The position numbers and the translations under genes are program-made. The notes below the pieces were generated by a model. It was not told where the DNA came from. It saw only the letters and a list, made by a program, of their open reading frames with translations, and made no database searches. From a virus (Duplodnaviria > Caudoviricetes), in IMG/VR virus record IMGVR_UViG_3300007171_000061, positions 14,357-78,356 of that record: DNA of 64,000 nucleotides; one strand, 5' to 3'. This document shows, one piece after another, positions 27,066-36,189 of this stretch (within the stretch, counting starts at the first letter, position 1; each line of letters opens with the position of its first letter).

Positions 27066-27094
27066 TTGACAGATAGTAAAACTGCTGTTACAAT
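27066..27094 (+). promoter_or_regulatory. consensus sigma70 promoter for the tRNA cluster
   Basis: TTGACA-17-TACAAT with TG extension. Confidence 0.8.
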
Positions 27095-27102
27095 AGTTTA
27101 TC

Positions 27103-27178
27103 GCTGAAGTAGCTCATCTGGTAGAGCAACGGTTTTGTACTCCGTAGGTGGTGGGTTCAAGTCCTACCTTCAGCACCA
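27103..27178 (+). tRNA. tRNA-Thr(UGU)
   Basis: Cloverleaf, loop TTTGTAC, GTTCAA T-loop, encoded CCA. Confidence 0.9.
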
Positions 27179-27199
27179 AGTTTAACAGATTGGAGTCTT

Positions 27200-27613
27200 A
27201 TGAAAAAGTGTTATCGCTGTGAGTGCATAAAATCAGAGCAAGATTTCAACAAAAGTAAGTCAAGAAAAGATGGTTTACAATCTGTCTGTCGAGATTGCTC
27301 AAAAATATTAAACAATACAGGATATAAAGAAAATCCTAATCGTTCTAAGTCTGTAAAAGATAATAGAGATAAAGTTAAATCTCACAATAAAAGACTATTA
27401 AATAAATATAAAAGTATTTGTGGTTGTAAATTTTGTCAAGAAAAAGAACCTGTTTGTTTAGATTTCCACCATCTTGATCCAAGTGTTAAAGAGGATAATT
27501 TGTCTAGAATGTTAACAAATTCTTCCGATAAACTAAAACAAGAAATACGAAAATGTATAGTTCTTTGTTCAAATTGTCATAGAAAATTACACGCAAATAT
27601 CTTGACTCTTTAA
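27200..27613 (+). CDS. HNH endonuclease inserted in the tRNA cluster
   Basis: KKCYRC..CRDC; CKFC...LDFHHLDP...C.VLCSNCHRKLH. Confidence 0.85.
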   Translation: MKKCYRCECIKSEQDFNKSKSRKDGLQSVCRDCSKILNNTGYKENPNRSKSVKDNRDKVKSHNKRLLNKYKSICGCKFCQEKEPVCLDFHHLDPSVKEDNLSRMLTNSSDKLKQEIRKCIVLCSNCHRKLHANILTL

Positions 27614-27698
27614 TAACGTGTATTCCGCAACTACGTTAAAAGTTCGGCTGCTCAATCGCCAACGGAAAGAGCGTAAGGTCACAGTTGGAAGAATTTAT

Positions 27699-27777
27699 TC
27701 CACAGAACCCGAGCTAGGTGCATGGGCTTGACTGTTAATCAATGGTTAGCTGAGTTCGAATCTCAGATGTGGAGCCA
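27699..27777 (+). tRNA. tRNA-Asn(GUU), slightly atypical
   Basis: Loop CTGTTAA, T-arm CTGAG-TTCGAAT-CTCAG, G73, CCA; G7-A66 mismatch. Confidence 0.8.
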
Positions 27778-27782
27778 ATCAC

Positions 27783-27826
27783 GGGCGGGATAGGTGAGGT
27801 AATGCATCATTGAAGACTGTCCACCA
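27783..27826 (+). pseudogene. 44-nt tRNA-like remnant
   Basis: GGGCGG...CTGTCC-A-CCA acceptor-like stem with no T-arm. Confidence 0.3.
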
Positions 27827-27830
27827 ATTT

Positions 27831-27920
27831 AGAAGTATGGTCGAGTGGCTTATGGCAATGGTTTGCTAAACCATCGGTGGCGAAAGCTGCCCACAGGTTC
27901 GAATCCTGTTACTTCTGCCA
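27831..27920 (+). tRNA. tRNA-Ser(GCU)
   Basis: AGAAGTA/TACTTCT stem, loop TTGCTAA, long variable arm, CCA. Confidence 0.92.
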
Positions 27921-27927
27921 GTATTAC

Positions 27928-28001
27928 AGCGGGTAGGGTGGTCACCACTGCAGTTTCATATGCTCGCAGCATCACTGGTTCGAATCCAGTACCCGCATCC
28001 A
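27928..28001 (+). tRNA. tRNA with CAU anticodon (Met/fMet/Ile2 unresolved), atypical
   Basis: Loop TTCATAT, T-arm CTGG-TTCGAAT-CCAG, 1:72 mismatch, minimal D-loop, CCA. Confidence 0.7.
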
Positions 28002-28030
28002 TTCGCTATTCGCAAATAGCAAACAATTTA

Positions 28031-28115
28031 GGAGTAGCCGCCGTAATGGTATGGCAGGGGATTGTAAATCCTCCGACTTAGGTCACAGTAGGTTCGATCC
28101 CTACCTGCTCCACCA
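28031..28115 (+). tRNA. tRNA-Tyr(GUA)
   Basis: GGAGTAG/CTGCTCC stem, loop TTGTAAA, variable arm, CCA. Confidence 0.92.
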
Positions 28116-28290
28116 CAGACCTACCTTGGGTCCGAAGTCACCTCGGTTTTAGGCGTCCCTCGAATCTGTTGCGAGGTAACATGAAGTGTAGAAGCTTCAG
28201 GTGAGTACCGCCAAGTACTCATGCAAAGGACACAGCGTATTATCTGCGGTAGATACGAAAAGGCTACCCCGCAATCGTAAGCGGGACTAA
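28116..28290 (+). ncRNA. candidate multi-helix ncRNA downstream of tRNA-Tyr
   Basis: Predicted four-way junction plus two further hairpins; GC-richer than flanks; no ORF. Confidence 0.4.
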
Positions 28291-28380
28291 TACATTAACA
28301 ACTAGGTTAGCTCCCGAAAAGAGTGCAAGTCTACACTCCTGTTGTTAATATTTCATTAGACAATGTAGAAAGACACTACT

Positions 28381-28943
28381 ATGAACAAAGAATATTTATC
28401 AGAATACTTTTATTATGATTCATCCAGTCAAGTTGTTTGAGATGGAAAGTCTGGAATGGTCAGAAAAATCATTCAAAAAGACATTCTGGAGATGTTGCGG
28501 GACACATTTCAACGCCCGATGTTAATAATCCAGATTATAAAAGATATAAAGTCTGTTTGTATAATAAAGAATACTTAGTTCATAGATTAATTTTGATTCT
28601 GCATGATATTGATCCTTCCAATCTTGCCGTGAATCATATAAATTGTGATCCACTTGATAACCGTATTGAAAACTTAGAAGTTTGTACAAGTAGAGAAAAT
28701 AATACACGTAAGAAATCTCATACATTGGACATGATGCAATCAAACAATACTTCTGGTGTTCTTGGTGTTAGAGAAACAGTAGTAGTTAGACCTTCAGGTA
28801 AAATTGACTACTATGCACATGCTTTCGTAAAAGCTGATGGTGAGTGTTTTCAGAAGAAATTCAACTACGCAAAATATGGAAAAGAAAAAGCTTGGCAGTT
28901 AGCCAAGGAATTTAGAGAAAATACATTTAAGGATTTATTATGA
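28381..28943 (+). pseudogene. HNH-AP2 homing endonuclease with a frameshift near 28428
   Basis: MNKEYLSEYFYYDSSS then TGA 28438-40; the other frame continues CLRWK...VHRL..NHINCD..DNRIENL..NNTSGVLGV. Confidence 0.75.
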
Positions 28944-29284
28944 CCTTTAAAAAGGGCGAGAGTGGCAATTACAAAGGCCGACCCAAGAATCAATCACTAT
29001 TGGATAAACCTACTAACCGTTCATTAAAAGAACGTGAACTAATTACATTGTTACGTAAGATTAAACCTCAGATTGCTGACGCTATTATCACTGCTGCTCA
29101 GATCATGAAGAATGAAGAAGCTAGTCATCAAAACCAACTAAAAGCGGCAACCATCCTTTTGGATAACTATCGCAGATTAGTTTTGGACGTATATGACGGT
29201 GAAGAAAAAGCTGATGATGAAGGTACGGAGATTCAACAGCACAATGCTCCTGTGTTTAGTCTCAAGGTAGTTAACGAAGAATAA
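28940..29284 (+). CDS. putative terminase small subunit
   Basis: FKKGESGN.KGRP motif; directly upstream of TerL. Confidence 0.7.
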   Translation: MTFKKGESGNYKGRPKNQSLLDKPTNRSLKERELITLLRKIKPQIADAIITAAQIMKNEEASHQNQLKAATILLDNYRRLVLDVYDGEEKADDEGTEIQQHNAPVFSLKVVNEE

Positions 29285-29294
29285 TAAGGATATT

Positions 29295-30764
29295 ATGGCA
29301 GAACAAATTACAATAGCACCTGCATCGAAAAAACAAGAGATGTTTTTGAACAGTGATGCGACCATTACTTTAGCTGGTGGTGCTGCTGGTTCTGGTAAAA
29401 CATATACATCTTTGCTTATCGCTTTGAAGTTCATGCAGCACCCTAGAGCAACAGGTGTAATCTTTCGTAGAACTTCTAAGATGCTTACTGCTCCCGGTTC
29501 AATATGGCATGAAGCAGTGCATTTATACACAAGCATTTATCCTAATCTAAGAATTAGAAGTAGAGAACTTGAGTTAGTGTTTCCAAATGGTGCATTGCTA
29601 AAGTTTTCTCATATGCAGCACGCAACCAATATGTACGATCACAAGGGTGGTCAATACTCATTAGTTATTTTCGATGAAGCAACTGACTTTGATGAAGAGA
29701 TGGTTGTATATCTACTATCTCGTATGCGTAATGCCTATGTCGATTATAAACCACAGATGTTTATGATGACTAACCCTGATTATAACTCATTTTTAAGATC
29801 GTGGATTGAAGACTATTATCTTGATCCAAATACAGGTATTCCTCTTCCAGAAAAAACTGGTCATCAGCGTTATTTCTTTCGTCAAGGTAACACCATGCTT
29901 TGGTATAACACCTTAGAGGAAGCTGAAGCTGCTCATGGTAAAGGTGATGAATCTGGTATTTCTTCATTTACTTTCATTGGTGCTACCTGCCGTGATAATC
30001 CACCACTACTTAAAGCACAGCCTGATTATATCAGTCGATTAATGTCATTACCTAGAGTAGAGCGTGAAAGACTATTGGATGGTTCATGGTTTGCTCGTCA
30101 AGAATCTGCTGGTCTATTTAAACGTGAATGGGTTGGTTTAGTCGATCATGCTAACGGTAGAGCAAGAAAAAGAATCCGAGCATGGGACTTTGCGTTTAGT
30201 AAACCTTCTGAGCAATACCCTAATCCTGACTGGACTCGTGGTGTTTTAATCTCAAAAGACCCTAACAATTTATACACTGTAGAAGATGTAGTATCCATCA
30301 GAGATAGAGTACACGAAGTAGAAAAGCTAGTATTTGAAACAGCTTTGCATGATGGTCAAGATGTAATTATCAGCATCCCATTGGACCCTGCTGCAGCCGC
30401 TGGTGCTTATGCCAAGGACTTACAACGCAAGTTAGCTGAGATGGGTTTTAGCGTAAAGCTTACAAAGCCAGTTAAATCCAAGATCACTCGTTTTGCTCCA
30501 TTTTCAAGTATAGCACAAGCTGGCTTCGTAAATGTAGTTAAAGCTAACTGGAATAAAGATTTCTTTGATGAACTTGAAGTTTTCGATGGTGACCCTAAGA
30601 AGAAAGACGATCAGGTTGACTGCTGTTCAGATGCAATGCTTTTATTAAACAAAGATACACAACTACCAGTTTTTTCACTACCGGATTTTACAGGTAGTAA
30701 CCCATTTGATGGAAGCATTACAGGTTCCAACATTCCTACTTTTCACAGTTCAATAGTTTCATAA
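29295..30764 (+). CDS. terL: terminase large subunit
   Basis: GGAAGSGKT, FDEA, MTNP, RAWD, DDQVD. Confidence 0.95.
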   Translation: MAEQITIAPASKKQEMFLNSDATITLAGGAAGSGKTYTSLLIALKFMQHPRATGVIFRRTSKMLTAPGSIWHEAVHLYTSIYPNLRIRSRELELVFPNGALLKFSHMQHATNMYDHKGGQYSLVIFDEATDFDEEMVVYLLSRMRNAYVDYKPQMFMMTNPDYNSFLRSWIEDYYLDPNTGIPLPEKTGHQRYFFRQGNTMLWYNTLEEAEAAHGKGDESGISSFTFIGATCRDNPPLLKAQPDYISRLMSLPRVERERLLDGSWFARQESAGLFKREWVGLVDHANGRARKRIRAWDFAFSKPSEQYPNPDWTRGVLISKDPNNLYTVEDVVSIRDRVHEVEKLVFETALHDGQDVIISIPLDPAAAAGAYAKDLQRKLAEMGFSVKLTKPVKSKITRFAPFSSIAQAGFVNVVKANWNKDFFDELEVFDGDPKKKDDQVDCCSDAMLLLNKDTQLPVFSLPDFTGSNPFDGSITGSNIPTFHSSIVS

Positions 30765-30779
30765 TCAAAGGAGCCGTTA

Positions 30780-32255
30780 ATGGCACGTAAATCACAAAAT
30801 AAAACCGTACAAAAAGCAGTAGATGATACGCCGGAACGTTTCAAGTTGAGTGAATCAGGATATTTAGGTTTGAATGTTTTCAATGGTGTATCCAACGATG
30901 AACTCAAACGCGAATTAAACTTCCCGAACAGCATTAATACTTATAAGCAAATGTCTTATCACAGTACTATTAATGCAGCTTTGACATTGTACGAAAACTT
31001 AATCGGTAAAGTCGATTGGAGCTTTAAACCAATCAAAGATGCTACGGATGAAGAACTAAGACAAGCCAAGCTAATCAATGAAATGATGCATGACCTTACT
31101 GATCAAAACTGGTCAGAGTTTATCTCAGAAGCACTATCTGCTAATATGTACGGTTTCTCAGTGCATGAAAAAGTATACCGCAGAAGACTAAAAGCCAATG
31201 GTTCAAAGTACAACGATGGTGTTATCGGCTGGAAAAAGCTTCCGATTCGCAATCAAGAGACTATTGAAAAGTTCATCTTCAGCGAAGACGGTAACGAAGT
31301 AAGAGGTGTAAAGCAAAACCTTTCCGCTGTCTCTGACGTTTACAATCGCTACTCTAGTCGTACAAATAACGAAGTGATTCTACCTCGCAGCAAGATCATG
31401 CTATTTCGCGCAGGTAAACACAAAGGTGATCCTTTCGGTAAATCCATGCTTCGTGATGCGTATCTAGCTTGGAGATTCCTAAGTGTAATCGAAGAGATTG
31501 AAGCAAACGGTGTAGCTAAGGATTTAGCTGGTCTACCAGTACTAAAGCTTCCTCCGCAGTATCTTTCTTCAGATGCATCTCCTGAACAAAAGGCAATTCG
31601 TGCTTACTACGAAAACGTAATGCGCAACTTGCAGCTAAATCAGCAATCAGCTTTGATTCTACCACAAGCACACGATCCTGATTCAAAGCAGCCGATGTTT
31701 GAACTAGAATTGCTATCCTTAAATGGTAGCAAAGCAATGGATACTTCCAAGATTAAAGAATACTACAAGAATCTAATCTTAACATCTTTATTTGCTGATA
31801 TTCTAGTACTAGGTCAATCCGGTGGTGGTTCTAACGCTTTAGGTCAAGTTAAAAACTCCCTATCTGCTGCTGCTGCTGAAACAATGCTTCGCAAGATTCG
31901 TGATGTAATTAACGAAGATTTGATTAAACAAACTTATGAGTTAAATGGTTGGGATACTTCTAGAATGGGTAAAATCGACTTTGATAATCTAGAATCTGAA
32001 GACCTAGAATCATTCTCCAAAGCTGTTCAGCGTTTCGCTAGTACTTCTGTTATTGAAGTTGATCGTGCTGTACTCAATAGAGTTCGTGAATCAATTGGTG
32101 TAGATGCTCTACCTCAAGACATGGAACCTGACAAAGAGAAACTACCCGCTATGACTTCCAGAAGTGGCGATGGTTTTAAGACAGCAGGTGAAGGTACAGC
32201 AACTAGTCCTTCCGGTAACGATACCAGTTCTGGTAACCTAGAGAATGCTGCGTGA
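30780..32255 (+). CDS. portal protein
   Basis: 491 aa after TerL; GFSVHEKVY, DPFGKSMLR, DLAGLP. Confidence 0.88.
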   Translation: MARKSQNKTVQKAVDDTPERFKLSESGYLGLNVFNGVSNDELKRELNFPNSINTYKQMSYHSTINAALTLYENLIGKVDWSFKPIKDATDEELRQAKLINEMMHDLTDQNWSEFISEALSANMYGFSVHEKVYRRRLKANGSKYNDGVIGWKKLPIRNQETIEKFIFSEDGNEVRGVKQNLSAVSDVYNRYSSRTNNEVILPRSKIMLFRAGKHKGDPFGKSMLRDAYLAWRFLSVIEEIEANGVAKDLAGLPVLKLPPQYLSSDASPEQKAIRAYYENVMRNLQLNQQSALILPQAHDPDSKQPMFELELLSLNGSKAMDTSKIKEYYKNLILTSLFADILVLGQSGGGSNALGQVKNSLSAAAAETMLRKIRDVINEDLIKQTYELNGWDTSRMGKIDFDNLESEDLESFSKAVQRFASTSVIEVDRAVLNRVRESIGVDALPQDMEPDKEKLPAMTSRSGDGFKTAGEGTATSPSGNDTSSGNLENAA

Positions 32256-32637
32256 CGAGCCATGCGAGACAAAGCTCTTGCAGGATAAAATCGCTGCCTT
32301 ATATTGGTTGCATTTAAAAGATGACACTGACGTATTTACACAAGGATACGTTGGTGTTACTACTCGCTTGATTGAAATCAGATTCAAAGAACATTGTAGT
32401 AAATATGTAAATTCTTACAATCCTTACAACCCTTTGCATTTAGCTTTTGATAAATATGGTTTAGAAAATATAATTAAAACCAGACTTTGTGTATGTGATG
32501 TGAAGCAAGCTTACGAATTAGAAAGAACATTTCGACCATTTGAATACATGGGTTGGAATACTGTAGAAGGTGGTAAGTTATCACCACAGGTTATACAAAT
32601 AATGCATAGGAGAAAACATGCCGTACTCAAAAAGTAA
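32245..32637 (+). CDS. GIY-YIG-like endonuclease (short)
   Basis: LYW...GYVGVT...RFKEH...E...GWN...GG; overlaps both neighbours. Confidence 0.7.
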   Translation: MLRDEPCETKLLQDKIAALYWLHLKDDTDVFTQGYVGVTTRLIEIRFKEHCSKYVNSYNPYNPLHLAFDKYGLENIIKTRLCVCDVKQAYELERTFRPFEYMGWNTVEGGKLSPQVIQIMHRRKHAVLKK

Positions 32638-32839
32638 TCCACCTCAGTGGGCATCTAAGAAATCAGAAGCCGTACAAACTGTAGCAATTGATGTTTTCAA
32701 TCAGACTCTAAAAGATACTGGTTCTGAAGAAAAAGCTCGTATCGCTTCCTTAGCTGCAATGAAAAATGCAGAAGAAGCTAACAAGAAAAATAAAGTAAAG
32801 AAATCCGTAGAAGATATCATTAAAAGTAAATACACTTGA
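32618..32839 (+). CDS. ChaB-like protein
   Basis: MPYSKSNPP...AIDVFN...EEKARIA. Confidence 0.55.
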   Translation: MPYSKSNPPQWASKKSEAVQTVAIDVFNQTLKDTGSEEKARIASLAAMKNAEEANKKNKVKKSVEDIIKSKYT

Positions 32840-32864
32840 ATTAATATCAAATCTATGATATAAT
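32836..32864 (+). promoter_or_regulatory. sigma70-like promoter followed by a GC hairpin
   Basis: TTGAAT-17-TATAAT; CCCCGG/CTCGGGG at about 32877-32895. Confidence 0.65.
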
Positions 32865-32921
32865 AGTTTACAAATGCCCCGGCTCATGCTCGGGGTTATT
32901 GTTGTTTATAAAGGAGAGAAT

Positions 32922-33185
32922 ATGCAATGGTCTGCAGATAATGTCCCAACTGCCATTCAAGGTAAATCTTTAAAATTAAGGGAATTATTCGCAAAAGTAG
33001 CCAATGCTTCTCTAGACAAAGGTTTCTCAAAAGAAGAATCAATCTTCGCTGGAACTAACGCAGTAAAAATAGAAGAACGTAAAAATCAACCTGCTAAAGA
33101 AAAGAAACCAAAAGTCCCATCACATGTATCTTCACTGAGAAGTTACACAAATCCCTTTGATGTAGTAAGTCAAATCAATTTATAA
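32922..33185 (+). CDS. second ChaB-like protein
   Basis: MQWSADNVP...RELFAKVANASL; AAAGGAG RBS. Confidence 0.5.
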   Translation: MQWSADNVPTAIQGKSLKLRELFAKVANASLDKGFSKEESIFAGTNAVKIEERKNQPAKEKKPKVPSHVSSLRSYTNPFDVVSQINL

Positions 33186-33198
33186 ATAGGAAATAATA

Positions 33199-33555
33199 AT
33201 GCAACCAGCACATATTGATCTGGATGTTTATAAAGGTTCTACCTTTGTTAAAATCATCCAATGGAAAACAGGAACGCCTCCTGTAGCAGTTAATCTTACT
33301 GGTTGTACTGCTAGAATGCAAATTAGAAAAGCAGTAAACGATACCGTTGTATTGGATACTCTTACTACAGAAAATTCTAAGCTAGTAATTCATGAACCTT
33401 TAAATGGTAAATTTAAAATTGTAATCCCTGCTGTTGTTTCTAGTGCTTATCTTTTTACAAGTGCAGTTTATGACTTAGAAATCGTCTTTACTGATGGAAC
33501 AGTAACTAGAGTAATTGAAGGTTGTCTTACTGCAGCACCGGAGGTGACTAGATGA
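33199..33555 (+). CDS. BppU-N / T5 p132 (LtfC)-like beta-sandwich, fibre anchor
   Basis: NLTGCTARMQIR...AVYDLEI...TRVIEG. Confidence 0.6.
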   Translation: MQPAHIDLDVYKGSTFVKIIQWKTGTPPVAVNLTGCTARMQIRKAVNDTVVLDTLTTENSKLVIHEPLNGKFKIVIPAVVSSAYLFTSAVYDLEIVFTDGTVTRVIEGCLTAAPEVTR

Positions 33556-33830
33556 CAACTGAAGTTATTGTAGAAACAGTCTACGATACTATCATTGTAG
33601 ATGATTCATCGGATACCATTTTAGTAGAAACTCCCGGTCTTGTTACTGTAATTACTGCAGCAGAACAAGGTCCACCCGGACCATCAGGTATTCAAAACAT
33701 CAGCGATGCTTTTGATGTAGATTCCACTAATAAAATAGAAGGTTCAGTTCTAGTTTATTCTACTCAGAATCAAAAATGGGTAGCAACTACCCAACTCGAA
33801 AACCAGAATGTTGAATCTGGACATTATTAA
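33552..33830 (+). CDS. small virion-associated protein
   Basis: EQGPPGPSG; GSVLVY...KW typical of fibre-linker proteins. Confidence 0.55.
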   Translation: MTTEVIVETVYDTIIVDDSSDTILVETPGLVTVITAAEQGPPGPSGIQNISDAFDVDSTNKIEGSVLVYSTQNQKWVATTQLENQNVESGHY

Positions 33831-33843
33831 TTAAGGAAAAATT

Positions 33844-36126
33844 ATGGCTTCTATTGTAAGAATTAAACGTTCTGAAACTGGTGGTAATCCAGCTACGCTT
33901 GGACAAGGTGAGTTAGCTTATTCAGCTTTGACAGATAACGGCTCAAACGGTGGTGATCGCTTATACATTGGTATGGGTACTGAAACAGCAGGTAATGCTG
34001 TTAATCACGTTGTCATCGGTGGTAAATACTTCACTGATAAATTAGACCATACTCCCGGTACTTTGACTGCAAATTCTGCAATCATTGTAGGTGTTGATAG
34101 TAAGATTGATAATTTAAAAGTAGACAATTTAGATATTGATGGTAATACAATCAGTTCAACTAATGCTAATGGTAACATTACTCTTGCTCCAAACGGTTCA
34201 GGTTCCGTAGTATTAGATGGTCAAAACTGGCCTCAAACATCCGGTACAAATGGTCAATATCTACAAACAAATGGTAGCGGTCAAACTGCTTGGAGTACTT
34301 TACCTCCTAGTGACTTTACAATCGCTGGTGATACAGGTACTGATTTGTTCAGCACTGGTGGTACACTAAACTTCATTGGTGTAGACCCAATTGATACTGC
34401 TATTACAAACGATACAGTAACCATTTCAATCAAAGATGCTTCCAGTACCAACAAAGGTGCAGCTTCTTTTAATAACATTGACTTCAGCGTAACCGCTGGC
34501 GCTGTAAGTATTAACAGCGAAGCTATTCAAGATATCGTTGGTGCAATGGTTAATACCAATACTGAAACAGGTATTGCTGTAACTTATGACGATGTAAATG
34601 GTAAATTAGACTTTGCAGTAAATAACCCCGTCATTACTATTTCAGGTGACGTAGACGGTAGTGCTACAATGACAAACCTAGGTAACACAACTATTGCTGT
34701 TACTCTAGATACAGTAAACTCCAACATAGGTACATTCGGTTCAGCTTCATCTGTTCCTGTATTTACTGTAAATGCTAAAGGTTTGGTTACTGCCATATCC
34801 ACTGCAGGTATTTCTACTTCCTTTACAATCGCTGCTGATACTGGTGCTCCTGATGTTTTCAACAACGGTGAGACACTCTTTATCGTAGGTGGTGAAGGTA
34901 TTGATACTACCATCAGCGGTGCTACAAATACAATCACAATTAGTGCTGAAGACGCTAGTACAACCAATAAAGGTATTGCAACTTTTAACGCAGCAAACTT
35001 CGCTGTAACTTCTGGTGATGTTATCATCAAAGATGCTGGTGTAACTAACGCCAAGCTTGTTAACTCCAGTGTAACAATAGGTACTTCAAACGTAGCTCTA
35101 GGTGGTACAATCACTTCTTTAGCTGGTTTAGGTGAAGTACAAGTCGATAATATCAACGTTAATGGTAACTCAATCACAGCGACCGATGTAAACGGTAGTG
35201 TAGTGTTAGTTCCTAATGGTAATGGTGTAGTTGACGTAACTGATTCTCGTATTACTGGTGTAGCTGCCCCTATTAACGCAACAGATGCTGCAAACAAGGC
35301 TTACGTAGATAATGCGATTACTGGTTTAACCTTCAAAGATGCTGTAAACTTACTAGCTAACACAAACGTTGCCTTAACAGGTTCAAGCGGTACTTTAGTT
35401 ATTGATGGTCATGCTCAATTAGTTGCTGCCGATAGTGGTTACCGCATTTTGTTGATTGGTCAAACTACTGGTTCACAAAATGGTATTTATACTTATTCTG
35501 ATAACGGTACTACTTATACGTTGACTCGTAGTTCAGATGCTGATACATACCAAGAGCTACAAGGCGCTGCAGTATTCGTTCTAGAAGGTAATGTTTACGC
35601 TCAAACAGGTTGGACTGAAACTAACTATACTCTAACAAGTTTCGCAGGTCAAACATGGGTACAGTTCTCAGGTTCTGGTGCTTATGTAGCTGGTCAAGGT
35701 TTGATCTTAACTGGCACTACTTTTGACGTAGGTGCTGGTTCAGGTATTACTGTTACTGCAAACGCTGTTAGTCTTTCAGCTTCAGTAGCTGGTGATGGTC
35801 TAACACACTCTGCTGGTGTTATTAACGCAGTAGGTACAGCTAATAGAATTTCAGTAAGTGCTGATGCAATTGATATTGCTTCTACATATGTTGGTCAAAC
35901 AAGCATTACTACATTGGGCACAATCTCAACAGGTACTTGGTCTGCTGATACGATTGCTACTACCAAAGGTGGTACAGGCTTGACAACTTACGCTACTGGT
36001 GATATACTATACGCTAATGGTACTAATAGTTTAGCTAAACTAACAATTGGTGCTAATGGTAAAGTATTGCAGGTAAATGGTAGCGGTGTTCCAGTTTGGG
36101 CCGATATTGACGGTGGTACATACTAA
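33844..36126 (+). CDS. long Thr/Gly/Asn-rich fibre-like structural protein
   Basis: RIKRS...P..L..GELAY head, internal duplicated module, DAANKAYVD, C-terminal DIDGGTY. Confidence 0.7.
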   Translation: MASIVRIKRSETGGNPATLGQGELAYSALTDNGSNGGDRLYIGMGTETAGNAVNHVVIGGKYFTDKLDHTPGTLTANSAIIVGVDSKIDNLKVDNLDIDGNTISSTNANGNITLAPNGSGSVVLDGQNWPQTSGTNGQYLQTNGSGQTAWSTLPPSDFTIAGDTGTDLFSTGGTLNFIGVDPIDTAITNDTVTISIKDASSTNKGAASFNNIDFSVTAGAVSINSEAIQDIVGAMVNTNTETGIAVTYDDVNGKLDFAVNNPVITISGDVDGSATMTNLGNTTIAVTLDTVNSNIGTFGSASSVPVFTVNAKGLVTAISTAGISTSFTIAADTGAPDVFNNGETLFIVGGEGIDTTISGATNTITISAEDASTTNKGIATFNAANFAVTSGDVIIKDAGVTNAKLVNSSVTIGTSNVALGGTITSLAGLGEVQVDNINVNGNSITATDVNGSVVLVPNGNGVVDVTDSRITGVAAPINATDAANKAYVDNAITGLTFKDAVNLLANTNVALTGSSGTLVIDGHAQLVAADSGYRILLIGQTTGSQNGIYTYSDNGTTYTLTRSSDADTYQELQGAAVFVLEGNVYAQTGWTETNYTLTSFAGQTWVQFSGSGAYVAGQGLILTGTTFDVGAGSGITVTANAVSLSASVAGDGLTHSAGVINAVGTANRISVSADAIDIASTYVGQTSITTLGTISTGTWSADTIATTKGGTGLTTYATGDILYANGTNSLAKLTIGANGKVLQVNGSGVPVWADIDGGTY

Positions 36127-36142
36127 ATCAATTATGATTCAT

Positions 36143-36169
36143 GGGCGGTTTTTACCGCCCTTTTCTTTT
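36143..36169 (+). terminator. rho-independent terminator
   Basis: GGGCGGT/ACCGCCC hairpin plus T-run. Confidence 0.8.
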
Positions 36170-36189
36170 ACCTTTGTTAAGGATTGCAG

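Noticed and set aside
27614-27698. Possible extra tRNA or ncRNA between the HNH gene and tRNA-Asn
   Set aside because: Only two short stems, with no T-loop or CCA; insufficient support.
29295-30764. Intein or intron in terL (also checked nrdB, thyX, MCP)
   Set aside because: Lengths and motifs are contiguous, with no intein termini or splice-like interruptions.
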